This document shows, piece after piece, positions 45,339 through 54,128 of a stretch of DNA of 55,723 nt (its first letter is position 1; each line of letters starts with the position of its first letter). Both the position numbers and the translations under genes were made by a program. The notes beneath the pieces were generated by a model. The model searched no databases, was not told the origin of the DNA, and worked only from the letters and a program-made list of their open reading frames with translations. Location: positions 1 through 55,723 of the IMG/VR virus record IMGVR_UViG_3300025389_000003, one strand, 5' to 3'. The stretch comes from a virus. Lineage: Duplodnaviria > Caudoviricetes.

Positions 45339-48082
45339 TAGAATGTTCCTCCGTTGATACCTGCTGTCAAGGTATTATTTGTGTAATTGTATGTCAGGGA
45401 TGTGTTTGTGTTAACCCCAACGTTGCCTGTTGCTGTTGAACTAAAGTGAAGGTAATTGGTTGAACCCGATCCTGCAGTTGCAGCTACATTGGTTGCGTTT
45501 GTTGCGTTTGTTACTGCGGTTGTTCCAATTACAGAAACCACTTGAGCTGCGGTTGCTGCACTAAATGCAGATGTCCCACTACCGTATGCTAGACCCGTAA
45601 GTGTCGCAACGCCAGTACCGCCAGAAGCAACAGGTAAAGTACCAGTAGTAAGAGCCGAACTTGAGGACGCATAAACCGCACCTCCTGATGTAAATGATGT
45701 TAACCCTGTACCACCATTTGTAGTTGCAAGCGTACCTGCTAAAGTAATACTACCAGTTGAACTAGTATTTGGAGTAAATCCTGTTGTGCCAGCGCTAAAT
45801 GATGAAACTCCTGCTGACGCTGATTGCCATGATGCAGTTGTACCATTAGAAGTCAACACATAGCCATTTGACCCAATTCCAAGCCTTGTAGCGCTATTTG
45901 TACCGTTTCCAATGATTAAATCACCAGTAGTGGTAATGGGGGACAATGCATTGAATGCAGCAGAAGCGGTTGTTTGTCCTGTTCCACCATTTGCTATTGG
46001 CAGTGTTCCACTTGTGATTTGTGATGCAGAAATTGCAATTGAAGTAGAACTAGCTGCAGTCAATTGACCTTGTGCATTTACTGTGAATGTACCAACAGAA
46101 CTTGCTGAACCATATGAGTTGGCAGTTACAGCAGTATTTGAAATGCTGAACTGTGTTCCAGTTAAAGTAAGTCCTGTGCCTGCGGTATAAGCGCCAGGTC
46201 CAGCAATTTGTGCAAACACCAAAGGTGTTGTGCCAATTGTGATTGGAGCATCAGTAGTTTGTACCCACTGAGTGGAAGCGTTTACAGTTCCACTGATAAT
46301 AAAAGTTGTATCGCCTGGGGCTACTTCATTCTGTCCAGTACCTGTTTGATCATAGTCTGTTGCACGAGTCAATACCCATCCAACTGATCCTGATCCCACG
46401 CTGGTAACAGTATAAATACCATTATATTGACCTGAAGATTCGTTCTTAACTAAAATCCTTTGGCCAACGCTTGGGCTTCCGCCATCAATTGCTAAAGTAG
46501 CAAAAGGACTTGTTTTGGTGATTGTTGCGCCAACTCCAGATGATCCGTTGTTGTAAGTAACTGTTCCCAAGTCAGCAGTCGTTGCATAGTTACAAGCTGC
46601 GTGATAGTTTACATTCGAGACTGCAGCATCCACATATTGCTTAGTGGCCAACTGAAGTGCAGATGTTGGGTCTTGTGTTACTGAAACTGAAGTCAAGCCA
46701 GCAGGCGTCAATGATGTTGCGCCTAATGCTATATTTGTTGTTCCTAACGTGATTGAACTATTGGTTAATGAACTATTGCCAATATTACTCAATGTGTTTG
46801 TTGAGCCACTGATTGACTTGTTTGTCAATGTATCGGTTGTTGCTCTACCTACCAAAGTGTCAGTGCTTGAGGGTAGGGTCAGTGTTCCGCTATTGACAAT
46901 TGACGAAATGACTGGAGAAGTCAATGTCTTGTTTGTCAGAGTCTGCGTTCCAGTCAAAGTGGTGACAACTGTTGTATCAATTGCAATCGTGCCTGATACT
47001 GTGATTGTTCCACCAGTCAATCCTGTGCCTGCAGTTATAGATGTAACTGTTCCTGCACCAGTCAATGTTTGCCAAATGGGATTACTTGAGCCTTGGCTAG
47101 TCAAAACTTGACCTGACAATCCAACTGGAGTCACAGCAAAGCCAGTTCCGTTTCCGTAAAGGACGCCTCCTGCAGTTGGGGCTGTAGACAAGCCTGTTCC
47201 ACCATTTGCAACACCTAAGACACCACCTAAAGTGATAGCGCCTGAGCTTGCTGTTGAGGGTGAAAGACCAGTAGTACCTGCGCTAAATGTGTTTACAACC
47301 GCGCCACCTGAGCCAATTGCATTTTGCACAAAAGCAGTTGTTGCTATTTGTGTGGAATTAGTTCCAGTTGATGCTGTGGGCGCACTTGGTGTTCCAGTCA
47401 AAGTAGGACTGTTTGCCAATACTACTGCGCCACTTCCTGTCGTTGACGCGCTAGAGGCTGATGTAGCCCTTCCATACGCATCAAATGTGACTGTTGGTAG
47501 TGTGTATGACCCTGCGCTTACTGCGGTGCTTGCAAGGCCAATTTGAGGGCTTGTAGACCCATTCGTGACTGATATTTGTCCTGAGACGCCAGTCACTGCT
47601 ACTGTGCTCAAAGCTGTGCCATTTAGCGCCAATAAACCTGTTCCAGTTGTGCCAACTAAGTTTTGCAGAACTGTTGATAGGCTGATTGTTGGGTTGCCAG
47701 TTGTGCCATCACCATTTGCAACTGATACGCCTGATCCACTTGAAGTAATTTGTACGTTTGTGAGCGTAGTGCTATTGGTTTTGACTTGTATTCCTGTGCC
47801 AGAACTGATCAACGATGCCAATGCACCTGTGACTGCTATGGTATAACTACCCAAAGAACCGCCATCTGTTGCAGTTAAACCAGTTGAAACTGCTATTTGA
47901 CGACTATTTGCAAGGCTGGTTTGTTGGCCAACCGTCAAAAATGTTTGAGTTTGTGTGGGCTGAGATGCTATGGCGCCTGTGGTTGTCTGAACCGTCACGC
48001 CATTTTGCACAATGGGAACTGACTCGTTACCAGTTAACGCCCCTGCGGTTGGCAATTGTGTAATTGTGACTTGTCCACTCAT
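45338..48082 (-). CDS. Long tail fibre protein
   Basis: 914 aa; repeats GTL.VANGGTG, FSAGTTG..P, TLTNK, ATKQYVD, RILVKNE....NGIY; ends INGGTF. Confidence 0.8.
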   Translation of the reverse strand: MSGQVTITQLPTAGALTGNESVPIVQNGVTVQTTTGAIASQPTQTQTFLTVGQQTSLANSRQIAVSTGLTATDGGSLGSYTIAVTGALASLISSGTGIQVKTNSTTLTNVQITSSGSGVSVANGDGTTGNPTISLSTVLQNLVGTTGTGLLALNGTALSTVAVTGVSGQISVTNGSTSPQIGLASTAVSAGSYTLPTVTFDAYGRATSASSASTTGSGAVVLANSPTLTGTPSAPTASTGTNSTQIATTAFVQNAIGSGGAVVNTFSAGTTGLSPSTASSGAITLGGVLGVANGGTGLSTAPTAGGVLYGNGTGFAVTPVGLSGQVLTSQGSSNPIWQTLTGAGTVTSITAGTGLTGGTITVSGTIAIDTTVVTTLTGTQTLTNKTLTSPVISSIVNSGTLTLPSSTDTLVGRATTDTLTNKSISGSTNTLSNIGNSSLTNSSITLGTTNIALGATSLTPAGLTSVSVTQDPTSALQLATKQYVDAAVSNVNYHAACNYATTADLGTVTYNNGSSGVGATITKTSPFATLAIDGGSPSVGQRILVKNESSGQYNGIYTVTSVGSGSVGWVLTRATDYDQTGTGQNEVAPGDTTFIISGTVNASTQWVQTTDAPITIGTTPLVFAQIAGPGAYTAGTGLTLTGTQFSISNTAVTANSYGSASSVGTFTVNAQGQLTAASSTSIAISASQITSGTLPIANGGTGQTTASAAFNALSPITTTGDLIIGNGTNSATRLGIGSNGYVLTSNGTTASWQSASAGVSSFSAGTTGFTPNTSSTGSITLAGTLATTNGGTGLTSFTSGGAVYASSSSALTTGTLPVASGGTGVATLTGLAYGSGTSAFSAATAAQVVSVIGTTAVTNATNATNVAATAGSGSTNYLHFSSTATGNVGVNTNTSLTYNYTNNTLTAGINGGTF
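45753..45765. promoter_or_regulatory. 13-bp palindrome site CCAGTTGAACTAG
   Basis: Perfect match. Confidence 0.8.
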
Positions 48083-48083
48083 G

Positions 48084-48470
48084 TTATTGGCCTGTAGATG
48101 GATTGGGGCTTGGGCTTATGATGTTTGTGTTGCCATTTTGTTGGGGAATATCATTCCCATTTTGTGTACTAATGTAGATTTCGGTAGGATTACCGCCAGG
48201 GATATTTGTACCTGTAGGCGTCACCACCAAACCATTGTCATTAGCTGCAACACTAACATCAGGTCTTGGAAATTGTAAGTTAATTCGCTCAGTCTTTCTA
48301 GCGGGTAATCGGTAGGGGTCTTTCTGATCTGCACACCCACGTTGACATACTTTTAGACCAGGAAAATTTGGGTCAGGCATCGCCTCAATAATTGGTCTTT
48401 TGAAACGACATCTGTCACAAATAAAGATGGCAATAGATGCATTACCACTTGTATCAAGAAATCTGGGCAT
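48084..48470 (-). CDS. Zn-finger-like protein of the head-tail module
   Basis: CDRC.F, GL.VC..C.D..DP, L..PRPD. Confidence 0.7.
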   Translation of the reverse strand: MPRFLDTSGNASIAIFICDRCRFKRPIIEAMPDPNFPGLKVCQRGCADQKDPYRLPARKTERINLQFPRPDVSVAANDNGLVVTPTGTNIPGGNPTEIYISTQNGNDIPQQNGNTNIISPSPNPSTGQ

Positions 48471-49092
48471 TGCTCACCACCTTTGAGACAAATCCAATTG
48501 AGCAACCAACCGCCTGCATTATGTCGCTGTATTTTTTGCCCTCAGACCTCATGGCTAGTATTTTTTCGGCTTTTTGGAAAGACTTCATCCGTACTGCCGC
48601 TGCGCTTGCTTCTTGCGCTTTGGCGCGATTTTTTGATATTTTTGCGGCATATTCGCGATCTGTCGCAAACCGCTCTTTAAATTTTTCGCCAGCCTCGGAT
48701 TGATAGCCCTCCACCCTGTGCTTTGTGGCTTCAGAGCGAACTTTGTGCATGTACGCATCAAAAGACGGGTCGGAAATGCGCTTTTTCTTGATGGACTTCT
48801 CCCTTTCAACAAAAGCGTGTCGGCGTGCAATTTCAAACAGTCGGCTGTTGCAGTATCTGTTCTTTCCGCCTTTCATGATTATCACCGCCTGCCACATTGT
48901 CCCGCCATGGATTTTGGCCAGTAGTACATGAGCCAAAAAATGCTCACGAGCTGTTAGAGCCACAAGGTTTGAGCTGTCATCGGAGCCACCCAGTGCCTTG
49001 GGCAGAATGTGGTGGCGCTCAACGTATCCGTCTGGGCACACTCTGGCCTTTGCCTTTGCAATCAAGCGTTGATAGGTCAGAAAGTAGTTCAT
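48454..49092 (-). CDS. HNH homing endonuclease
   Basis: Y..LI..AK.R, Y.ERHHILP..LGGSD..SNLV.LT.REH..AH.LL. Confidence 0.9.
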   Translation of the reverse strand: MNYFLTYQRLIAKAKARVCPDGYVERHHILPKALGGSDDSSNLVALTAREHFLAHVLLAKIHGGTMWQAVIIMKGGKNRYCNSRLFEIARRHAFVEREKSIKKKRISDPSFDAYMHKVRSEATKHRVEGYQSEAGEKFKERFATDREYAAKISKNRAKAQEASAAAVRMKSFQKAEKILAMRSEGKKYSDIMQAVGCSIGFVSKVVSNAQIS

Positions 49093-50162
49093 CGTGTGTA
49101 CGGCGCTATGTTAGGCGCAAAGTAGATTGGTGACTTATCACGCTCTTCATTTTCAGCCATGATAAAGTATTTTTCTGCTTGTGCTTCCAAATATTGAATT
49201 CTTCCCAAGTCAACGCCAGGCAATATCAAGCTCATTTGGTGAGCTAATAAGTATTGAATAGCCTGATTCCAACGTTGTGGTATCTCAAGTTGACCATTCA
49301 AACCACCTACATCGTCAATTTGACGTGAATACCAAACTGTCATTTGTACAAAAGCATTACTTGGGGCTGGCCACAAAGTAATCTTTGCCTGTGGAATAGT
49401 TCTATTTAGCCAATACTGATAGGGCTGATTAGCCGTAAAGTTCTTATTTGGCAAGTTTGTGTAATCATCTCTATTTAATCGAGACATTGTCACTTCTGTG
49501 GTGTTAACACCAAAGTACAACTCTCTTAATGCTAAAGTTGTACCGTTTGTGGCTTGCATTCTGTAATACTGAGCCGTAGCACCTGGGTCAATGTCTTGCC
49601 ATACCCATTGGCCATCTTGAACAGCTACGTTTGTTCCTGTGTACAACGTGACCCAAGTTGATCCGTCATAAGAATATTGAAGCGTGTAGCTCCATGTTGC
49701 AGTTCCACCGCCAGAAATATAGGGCATGAAGCCAATTGAACCAATGTATTGGGAGTTGTTTGTCCCATAATTGACCTGATAATACCCATTTGCCACCGTC
49801 ATCTGGTTATAAGTTTGGATGTTGTCATCATAAATGTTTGACACACCTGATCCATCGCTTGATGAATATGATCCAGAAGGCTGTGTAATCGTGCGATAGA
49901 GCGCGTTTAAGACGTCAACGCCACCTACGGGTAGCAAATACTCGTATTGGTCTGGAATCAGGCCATAGACCTGTTTATTGATGGCCCAATAGTTGATGCC
50001 TTGATTGATTAAATTGGACAGCACAAAGAACAAGGCTTGTTTAGAGCCTTGAACTTGTTCAATCGTCAGTTCTTCAGCCAATTTGCCCGATAAACGTGCG
50101 CCTTGGTCAATAAAGTTCTGAACGGTTACTACCGTTTGTCCAACAGTACCACTATAAGACAT
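49089..50162 (-). CDS. Head-tail adaptor / tail tubular protein-like, with inserted beta domain
   Basis: L.N.GIN.W, Y.LP....DVL, LNRDDY.NLPNK...P.Q.W..R, LWP.P, P.RW, A..EERD. Confidence 0.65.
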   Translation of the reverse strand: MSYSGTVGQTVVTVQNFIDQGARLSGKLAEELTIEQVQGSKQALFFVLSNLINQGINYWAINKQVYGLIPDQYEYLLPVGGVDVLNALYRTITQPSGSYSSSDGSGVSNIYDDNIQTYNQMTVANGYYQVNYGTNNSQYIGSIGFMPYISGGGTATWSYTLQYSYDGSTWVTLYTGTNVAVQDGQWVWQDIDPGATAQYYRMQATNGTTLALRELYFGVNTTEVTMSRLNRDDYTNLPNKNFTANQPYQYWLNRTIPQAKITLWPAPSNAFVQMTVWYSRQIDDVGGLNGQLEIPQRWNQAIQYLLAHQMSLILPGVDLGRIQYLEAQAEKYFIMAENEERDKSPIYFAPNIAPYTR

Positions 50163-50170
50163 GAGTTACC

Positions 50171-50566
50171 TCACCATCCTGGGCAGTCCCACCTTCTCAA
50201 AGATGCTTTTGCTCTTGGCGCATCTCCTGAAGCGTGTTTAACTACTCCTGACATCCTTGCACAAAATGAATTTTTACGAGCGCCACCTTGTGGCTGAGGA
50301 GCTTTTAAATGGCTCCCAGTTTCTCGATTGTACTTTTCTCTACCCTTAGCTGTGAGTCCCGCACCTTTGTTTGTCGGTAGTTTCTCACCGCGACCGACAG
50401 CCAAACTGACCCCACCGCCATCTTTCTTTTTAGCCGTTTTAGCTGACTCGATAAAGGCTTCCTTTGTAGGGGCACCTTTAGATCCGACACGACGCATGTG
50501 TTCTCCTGATCCATGGGCTATCCTCTCTTGTTTTTTATGAATATTGGCATAAAGACCGTTCTTCAT
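50171..50566 (-). CDS. Basic two-module protein
   Basis: GLYANIH...GSGE.MR..GSKGAPT module and GLTAKGR.KYN...SFCARM.G...SLRRW.C module joined by KKDGGGV. Confidence 0.75.
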   Translation of the reverse strand: MKNGLYANIHKKQERIAHGSGEHMRRVGSKGAPTKEAFIESAKTAKKKDGGGVSLAVGRGEKLPTNKGAGLTAKGREKYNRETGSHLKAPQPQGGARKNSFCARMSGVVKHASGDAPRAKASLRRWDCPGW

Positions 50567-50751
50567 TACCAACATCCCTTGTGTTTTTCATTGGCGTGAT
50601 GTGTAGAAACTTCACCACCATGAGCTTTTTTAGCATGTCTTTTGACTGCGTAAGCAATCGCTACTGCCTGCTTCTGGGGCTTGCCTGCGTGAATCTCAGC
50701 CTTGATGTTGTGCTCAAAAGCTTTTTTGGATTTAGATTTGGTTAAAGGCAT
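50566..50751 (-). CDS. Small basic protein
   Basis: MPL.KSKS..AF..NI..E..AGKPQKQAVAIAY; KAHGGEV. Confidence 0.75.
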   Translation of the reverse strand: MPLTKSKSKKAFEHNIKAEIHAGKPQKQAVAIAYAVKRHAKKAHGGEVSTHHANEKHKGCW

Positions 50752-50753
50752 GA

Positions 50754-51536
50754 TTAGGTTCCTACTCCAGTTACAAGATTGTCATTTTGAATCAAAATGC
50801 CAACTAAGTTTTGCGAACAAATCAATGGACCACCAACGCTTGCTTTATACAAGTATTGAATATCAGTTTTCTCTGTAATTTTGCGAGGCACTGTTTCGTA
50901 GTTAATTTCAATTTGTTGCACAAAAGTTTGTTCTTGCACAATTTTTTGAGCGCCTGACACGTTATCGTTGAATTGAACTTCAAAGTTAATCCAAGAACCA
51001 CTTGTAAAACCAATATTTGCTGTCTTGTAAGACCGCATAATGTACAAACTATAACCAGCAGGCACCGTGTAAATACTTGCTTGATTAACGCCCAAGCCAG
51101 GGTTAATTTGTGCTAGCAATGTGGTACTTTGCTTGAATGTAATAGTTCCTACGTTAACGCCATTTGTTACGCCAACATTGTTGATGCGCAAATATGATTT
51201 AACTGATGTAACAGCATTTGTACCGTTCAAGGCAATTACTTCGCTGATTGGCGCAAAGTTGGCATCCAAGCCTTGGATTTGAACGCTCAATGCGGTTGTA
51301 TCAGAAGCCGAAGAACTGACAATGGTCAATTGAGCTGCTGAACTAGGAAATGGGTATAGACCACCGCTTTGGGTTAAACCTTCCCAAAGAGGGCCAAATG
51401 CTGTGTTGCTAACGGAAGCTGAGTATCCGTAAAGCAAAAATGGTGTGTGACCTTGAATTTGACCACGAGAAACTTGAAGGTTGAAAGGCTCAACTCTTCC
51501 TGCTCGTGTCACTGATGCAGTAATACCATTACTCAT
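50754..51536 (-). CDS. Putative virion structural protein
   Basis: 260 aa beta-rich; F.LQV.RGQI.GH, SSS..DT, I.GLDAN, YTVPAG, EKTDI. Confidence 0.6.
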   Translation of the reverse strand: MSNGITASVTRAGRVEPFNLQVSRGQIQGHTPFLLYGYSASVSNTAFGPLWEGLTQSGGLYPFPSSAAQLTIVSSSASDTTALSVQIQGLDANFAPISEVIALNGTNAVTSVKSYLRINNVGVTNGVNVGTITFKQSTTLLAQINPGLGVNQASIYTVPAGYSLYIMRSYKTANIGFTSGSWINFEVQFNDNVSGAQKIVQEQTFVQQIEINYETVPRKITEKTDIQYLYKASVGGPLICSQNLVGILIQNDNLVTGVGT

Positions 51537-51547
51537 AATTGTTCCTT

Positions 51548-51575
51548 AAAAAGTGGGAGAGCCGAAGCCCTCCCA
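51548..51575 (-). terminator. Rho-independent terminator
   Basis: Minus strand TGGGAGGGC-TTCG-GCTCTCCCA-CTTTTT. Confidence 0.8.
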
Positions 51576-51581
51576 TCTTAC

Positions 51582-53081
51582 TCAACACTTTCTCATTGAG
51601 CCACCACGCTTTTTAGCAGGTGAATATGTAACTGATTTTTCAGTTTTAGTCACGCTACCATCTGGTGTGGTTGAACCAAACAACCCTTTAACTGCATTCA
51701 CACCGCGTTTGATTGCGTTGGGAATCATGTTCTTGGTTGCTTCGTTTTCTGCACGCTGAGATTTCTCCCAGTTTTCATAGTCACGGTTGGCTTTGTCGGC
51801 AAACATTTGGTCATCGGAGGTCATGCCTCCGTCAGCCTTTTTTGCGACTTTACCTCCGCGTTTGAAAGTACCAGATTGCAAGCTGTTGGCCACAGGACGG
51901 CTGACGAAGTGCTTAGGCATTTTTACTGCCTTGCCATCGTCGACTACATTACCCCCTGTGGCGTAGTGCTTTTTTACTGCATGGCCTCCATGCTTGTAAC
52001 CACCAGCATTGGCTTCTTTGACCTCACCAGTACGACCCATTTTCTTTCCGGGTGTAGATGTGTCAGCAGCGCGGTTTTCCCAGTCGCCATCCTCATAGGT
52101 GTCACCTTTGAGTCTGTCTTCCTTTTTGCCTTTCATTGTGGCCGCAGGGATTGCGCCGCCAGTAGCCTTATGATGCATCTTGTGATGAGCTTTACCGCCA
52201 TGCTTGTAACCGCCAGCGTTGGTTTCCTTAATGCCACCAGTACCATGAGCTTTGTCACGCTTGGCTGAGTGCATTTCGGTGTTCAAGTAGTCATGCTCAT
52301 TGTCTTCAATGGTGCCATGCATCTTGATTTTGCCTGGGTTCTTAGACTCATGGGTGTCAGAAGGAATAGCGCCACCAGTGGCTTTGTGATGCATTTTGTG
52401 CATCTTTCCACCGTGTTTGTAGCCTGCTGGTTTGCCCTCATGGATTTCTCCAGTGCCGTGGTGCTTGTCGTGGTGGTCACCATCAACAACCATGGTCTTC
52501 TCAAATTTCTTTGCGTTACCTTTGATTGTTGTTTTGGTTTCGTCACGATCAATAGCGCCACCAGATGCCTTGTGGTGCATCTTGTGAGCTTTTTCCATTG
52601 GCATAGACTCGTGATGATGGAGTTCTTTCTCCAACTTCTCAATGTGCTTTTCCATGCCCATGTGACCGCCTTTTTTCATGCCAGTCAGAGCTTTTCTTAC
52701 CATGGCTGCGCGAGCTACACGAGCTGCTGGTGCCATCGCTGCAATAGCGGGGCGTGCCATAGGAGCCATAGGAGCACGCATTGGAGCGCCCATCATGCCA
52801 CCGTCAAGCTTGTGCTCAACCTTACCACCCTTTTTGTACTGGTTGGGGTTCATAGCTTTGCGACGCTCATGCATAGAAGGCTTCTTGGGGGCGTGGCCAT
52901 GCTCAGACTCAAAAGCCTCGTGAGCACCATGCATCATGCCACCATGTGCCTCGTGCATGGACTTGTGGCCATGCTCTTCAGCTTTCATGCCTTTGTGATG
53001 TACTTTACCGCCTTTTTTGAGCTTCAGGATGACTGAAGGCTCGTCGGTGTACATCTTCACCATTGGTTTAAATTGACCCAT
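51582..53081 (-). CDS. His/Lys/Met-rich low-complexity protein with about 15 xxxGG motifs (putative internal head protein)
   Basis: 499 aa; repeated YKHGG...KATGGAI units; GGAGG RBS. Confidence 0.75.
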   Translation of the reverse strand: MGQFKPMVKMYTDEPSVILKLKKGGKVHHKGMKAEEHGHKSMHEAHGGMMHGAHEAFESEHGHAPKKPSMHERRKAMNPNQYKKGGKVEHKLDGGMMGAPMRAPMAPMARPAIAAMAPAARVARAAMVRKALTGMKKGGHMGMEKHIEKLEKELHHHESMPMEKAHKMHHKASGGAIDRDETKTTIKGNAKKFEKTMVVDGDHHDKHHGTGEIHEGKPAGYKHGGKMHKMHHKATGGAIPSDTHESKNPGKIKMHGTIEDNEHDYLNTEMHSAKRDKAHGTGGIKETNAGGYKHGGKAHHKMHHKATGGAIPAATMKGKKEDRLKGDTYEDGDWENRAADTSTPGKKMGRTGEVKEANAGGYKHGGHAVKKHYATGGNVVDDGKAVKMPKHFVSRPVANSLQSGTFKRGGKVAKKADGGMTSDDQMFADKANRDYENWEKSQRAENEATKNMIPNAIKRGVNAVKGLFGSTTPDGSVTKTEKSVTYSPAKKRGGSMRKC

Positions 53082-53093
53082 AGTAGCCTCCTA

Positions 53094-54059
53094 TTAAGCT
53101 TGTGTAACGCCAAGAGCGCCAACGCGTGTAGCGTTAGGGCCAACAGCAATGCCAGGTAAAGCGATAGTCATTACCAAACGCTTAGTGCCGTCAGAAGCTG
53201 TAGATGGTGTGTATGTTCCACGAACATCACCAGTTGTTGATGTTGCGGTGTTCAAGTCTGCTGCTACAAATGTACCAGTATCTTGTGCAAGAGTATTGTT
53301 CCAACCCACTTTGACAACGTAACCTGCGTCAAAACAACGTACAGGCAAGCCCAAAGTGTCAGTAGTACCAATAGTTACTGCTGTTGCAGAACCGTTGATT
53401 GTTGCACTAACGATTTGATAGAAAGCTTTTTTGCCTGACTTAGCAGTACCTGCGGTTGCAACTGTGATTGCTTCAGTCATTGCTTGACCATAGTAATCGT
53501 AACCACTGATTGTGATTGTGCGAGCAGTTGTTGATGTGTTGATTTGCAATGCACGTGGTGTGTTCAATTGAAGAACAGTTGTGCCGTCAGCGCGAACAAC
53601 AGATTTCACTGATGTGCCTGCAGTCAATGTAACTGATCCAGAACCTGATGCTGTCTGTGATGCAGCAATGTTTGCTGTCTGCAAAGTTTGTGGAACACAA
53701 TCCCAAACGTATACACGACCAAGGGGGCCAACACCCAAGTCCATGGGAGCGGGGTCGCCAAGGTATGCATCGCCTGAAGATGTAATTGTGATTGAGCCTG
53801 TAGCGCTTGAAGATGCGCTCAGCGTGTATGTACCAGTTCCACCATTACCAGTGACAAAAGCTGTAATGTAAGAACCAGCAGTAATGCCTGTTCCGCTTAC
53901 ATATTGTCCTAAAGTCAGGATGTCGCCTGTCAAAAGTGCGGTGATGGTCATTGTGGTACCAGTTACTGAACCAGTAAATGTACCTTCTGTTTGTGATAAA
54001 TCCAAACCCATGTAGGTTTGGGCTGGGCCTAAGAATAGGTCGTCTGAAAATTGAGGCAT
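53094..54059 (-). CDS. Capsid-associated (decoration-like) protein
   Basis: 321 aa from MPQFSDD with AAGGAG RBS; directly after the major capsid gene; G.D.YGQ.M.E, GKKAF, TGDVRGT. Confidence 0.6.
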   Translation of the reverse strand: MPQFSDDLFLGPAQTYMGLDLSQTEGTFTGSVTGTTMTITALLTGDILTLGQYVSGTGITAGSYITAFVTGNGGTGTYTLSASSSATGSITITSSGDAYLGDPAPMDLGVGPLGRVYVWDCVPQTLQTANIAASQTASGSGSVTLTAGTSVKSVVRADGTTVLQLNTPRALQINTSTTARTITISGYDYYGQAMTEAITVATAGTAKSGKKAFYQIVSATINGSATAVTIGTTDTLGLPVRCFDAGYVVKVGWNNTLAQDTGTFVAADLNTATSTTGDVRGTYTPSTASDGTKRLVMTIALPGIAVGPNATRVGALGVTQA

Positions 54060-54090
54060 TTGATCTTCTCCTTGAAAAGCTTGATCAGTT

Positions 54091-54119
54091 AAAAAAAAGG
54101 GGTGGAGATTATCCACCCC
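54091..54119 (-). terminator. Terminator after the major capsid gene
   Basis: Minus strand GGGGTGGA-taatc-TCCACCCC-TTTTTTTT. Confidence 0.8.
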
Positions 54120-54128
54120 CTATTTGCT

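Noticed and set aside
2022-45765. Palindrome copies as a CRISPR array, REP elements or a restriction site
   Set aside because: Copies are isolated, kilobases apart and mostly intragenic with no spacer structure; a restriction site would be depleted rather than enriched.
44491-47846. Several Val/Pro-rich plus-strand ORFs
   Set aside because: Antisense mirrors of Thr/Gly-rich tail fibre codons.
42892-48082. Diversity-generating retroelement acting on tail fibres
   Set aside because: No reverse transcriptase and no template/variable repeat pair seen.
52269-53036. 255-aa plus-strand ORF (and 153-aa ORF at 51807)
   Set aside because: Antisense shadow of the low-complexity His/Lys-rich gene; no RBS or recognisable motifs.
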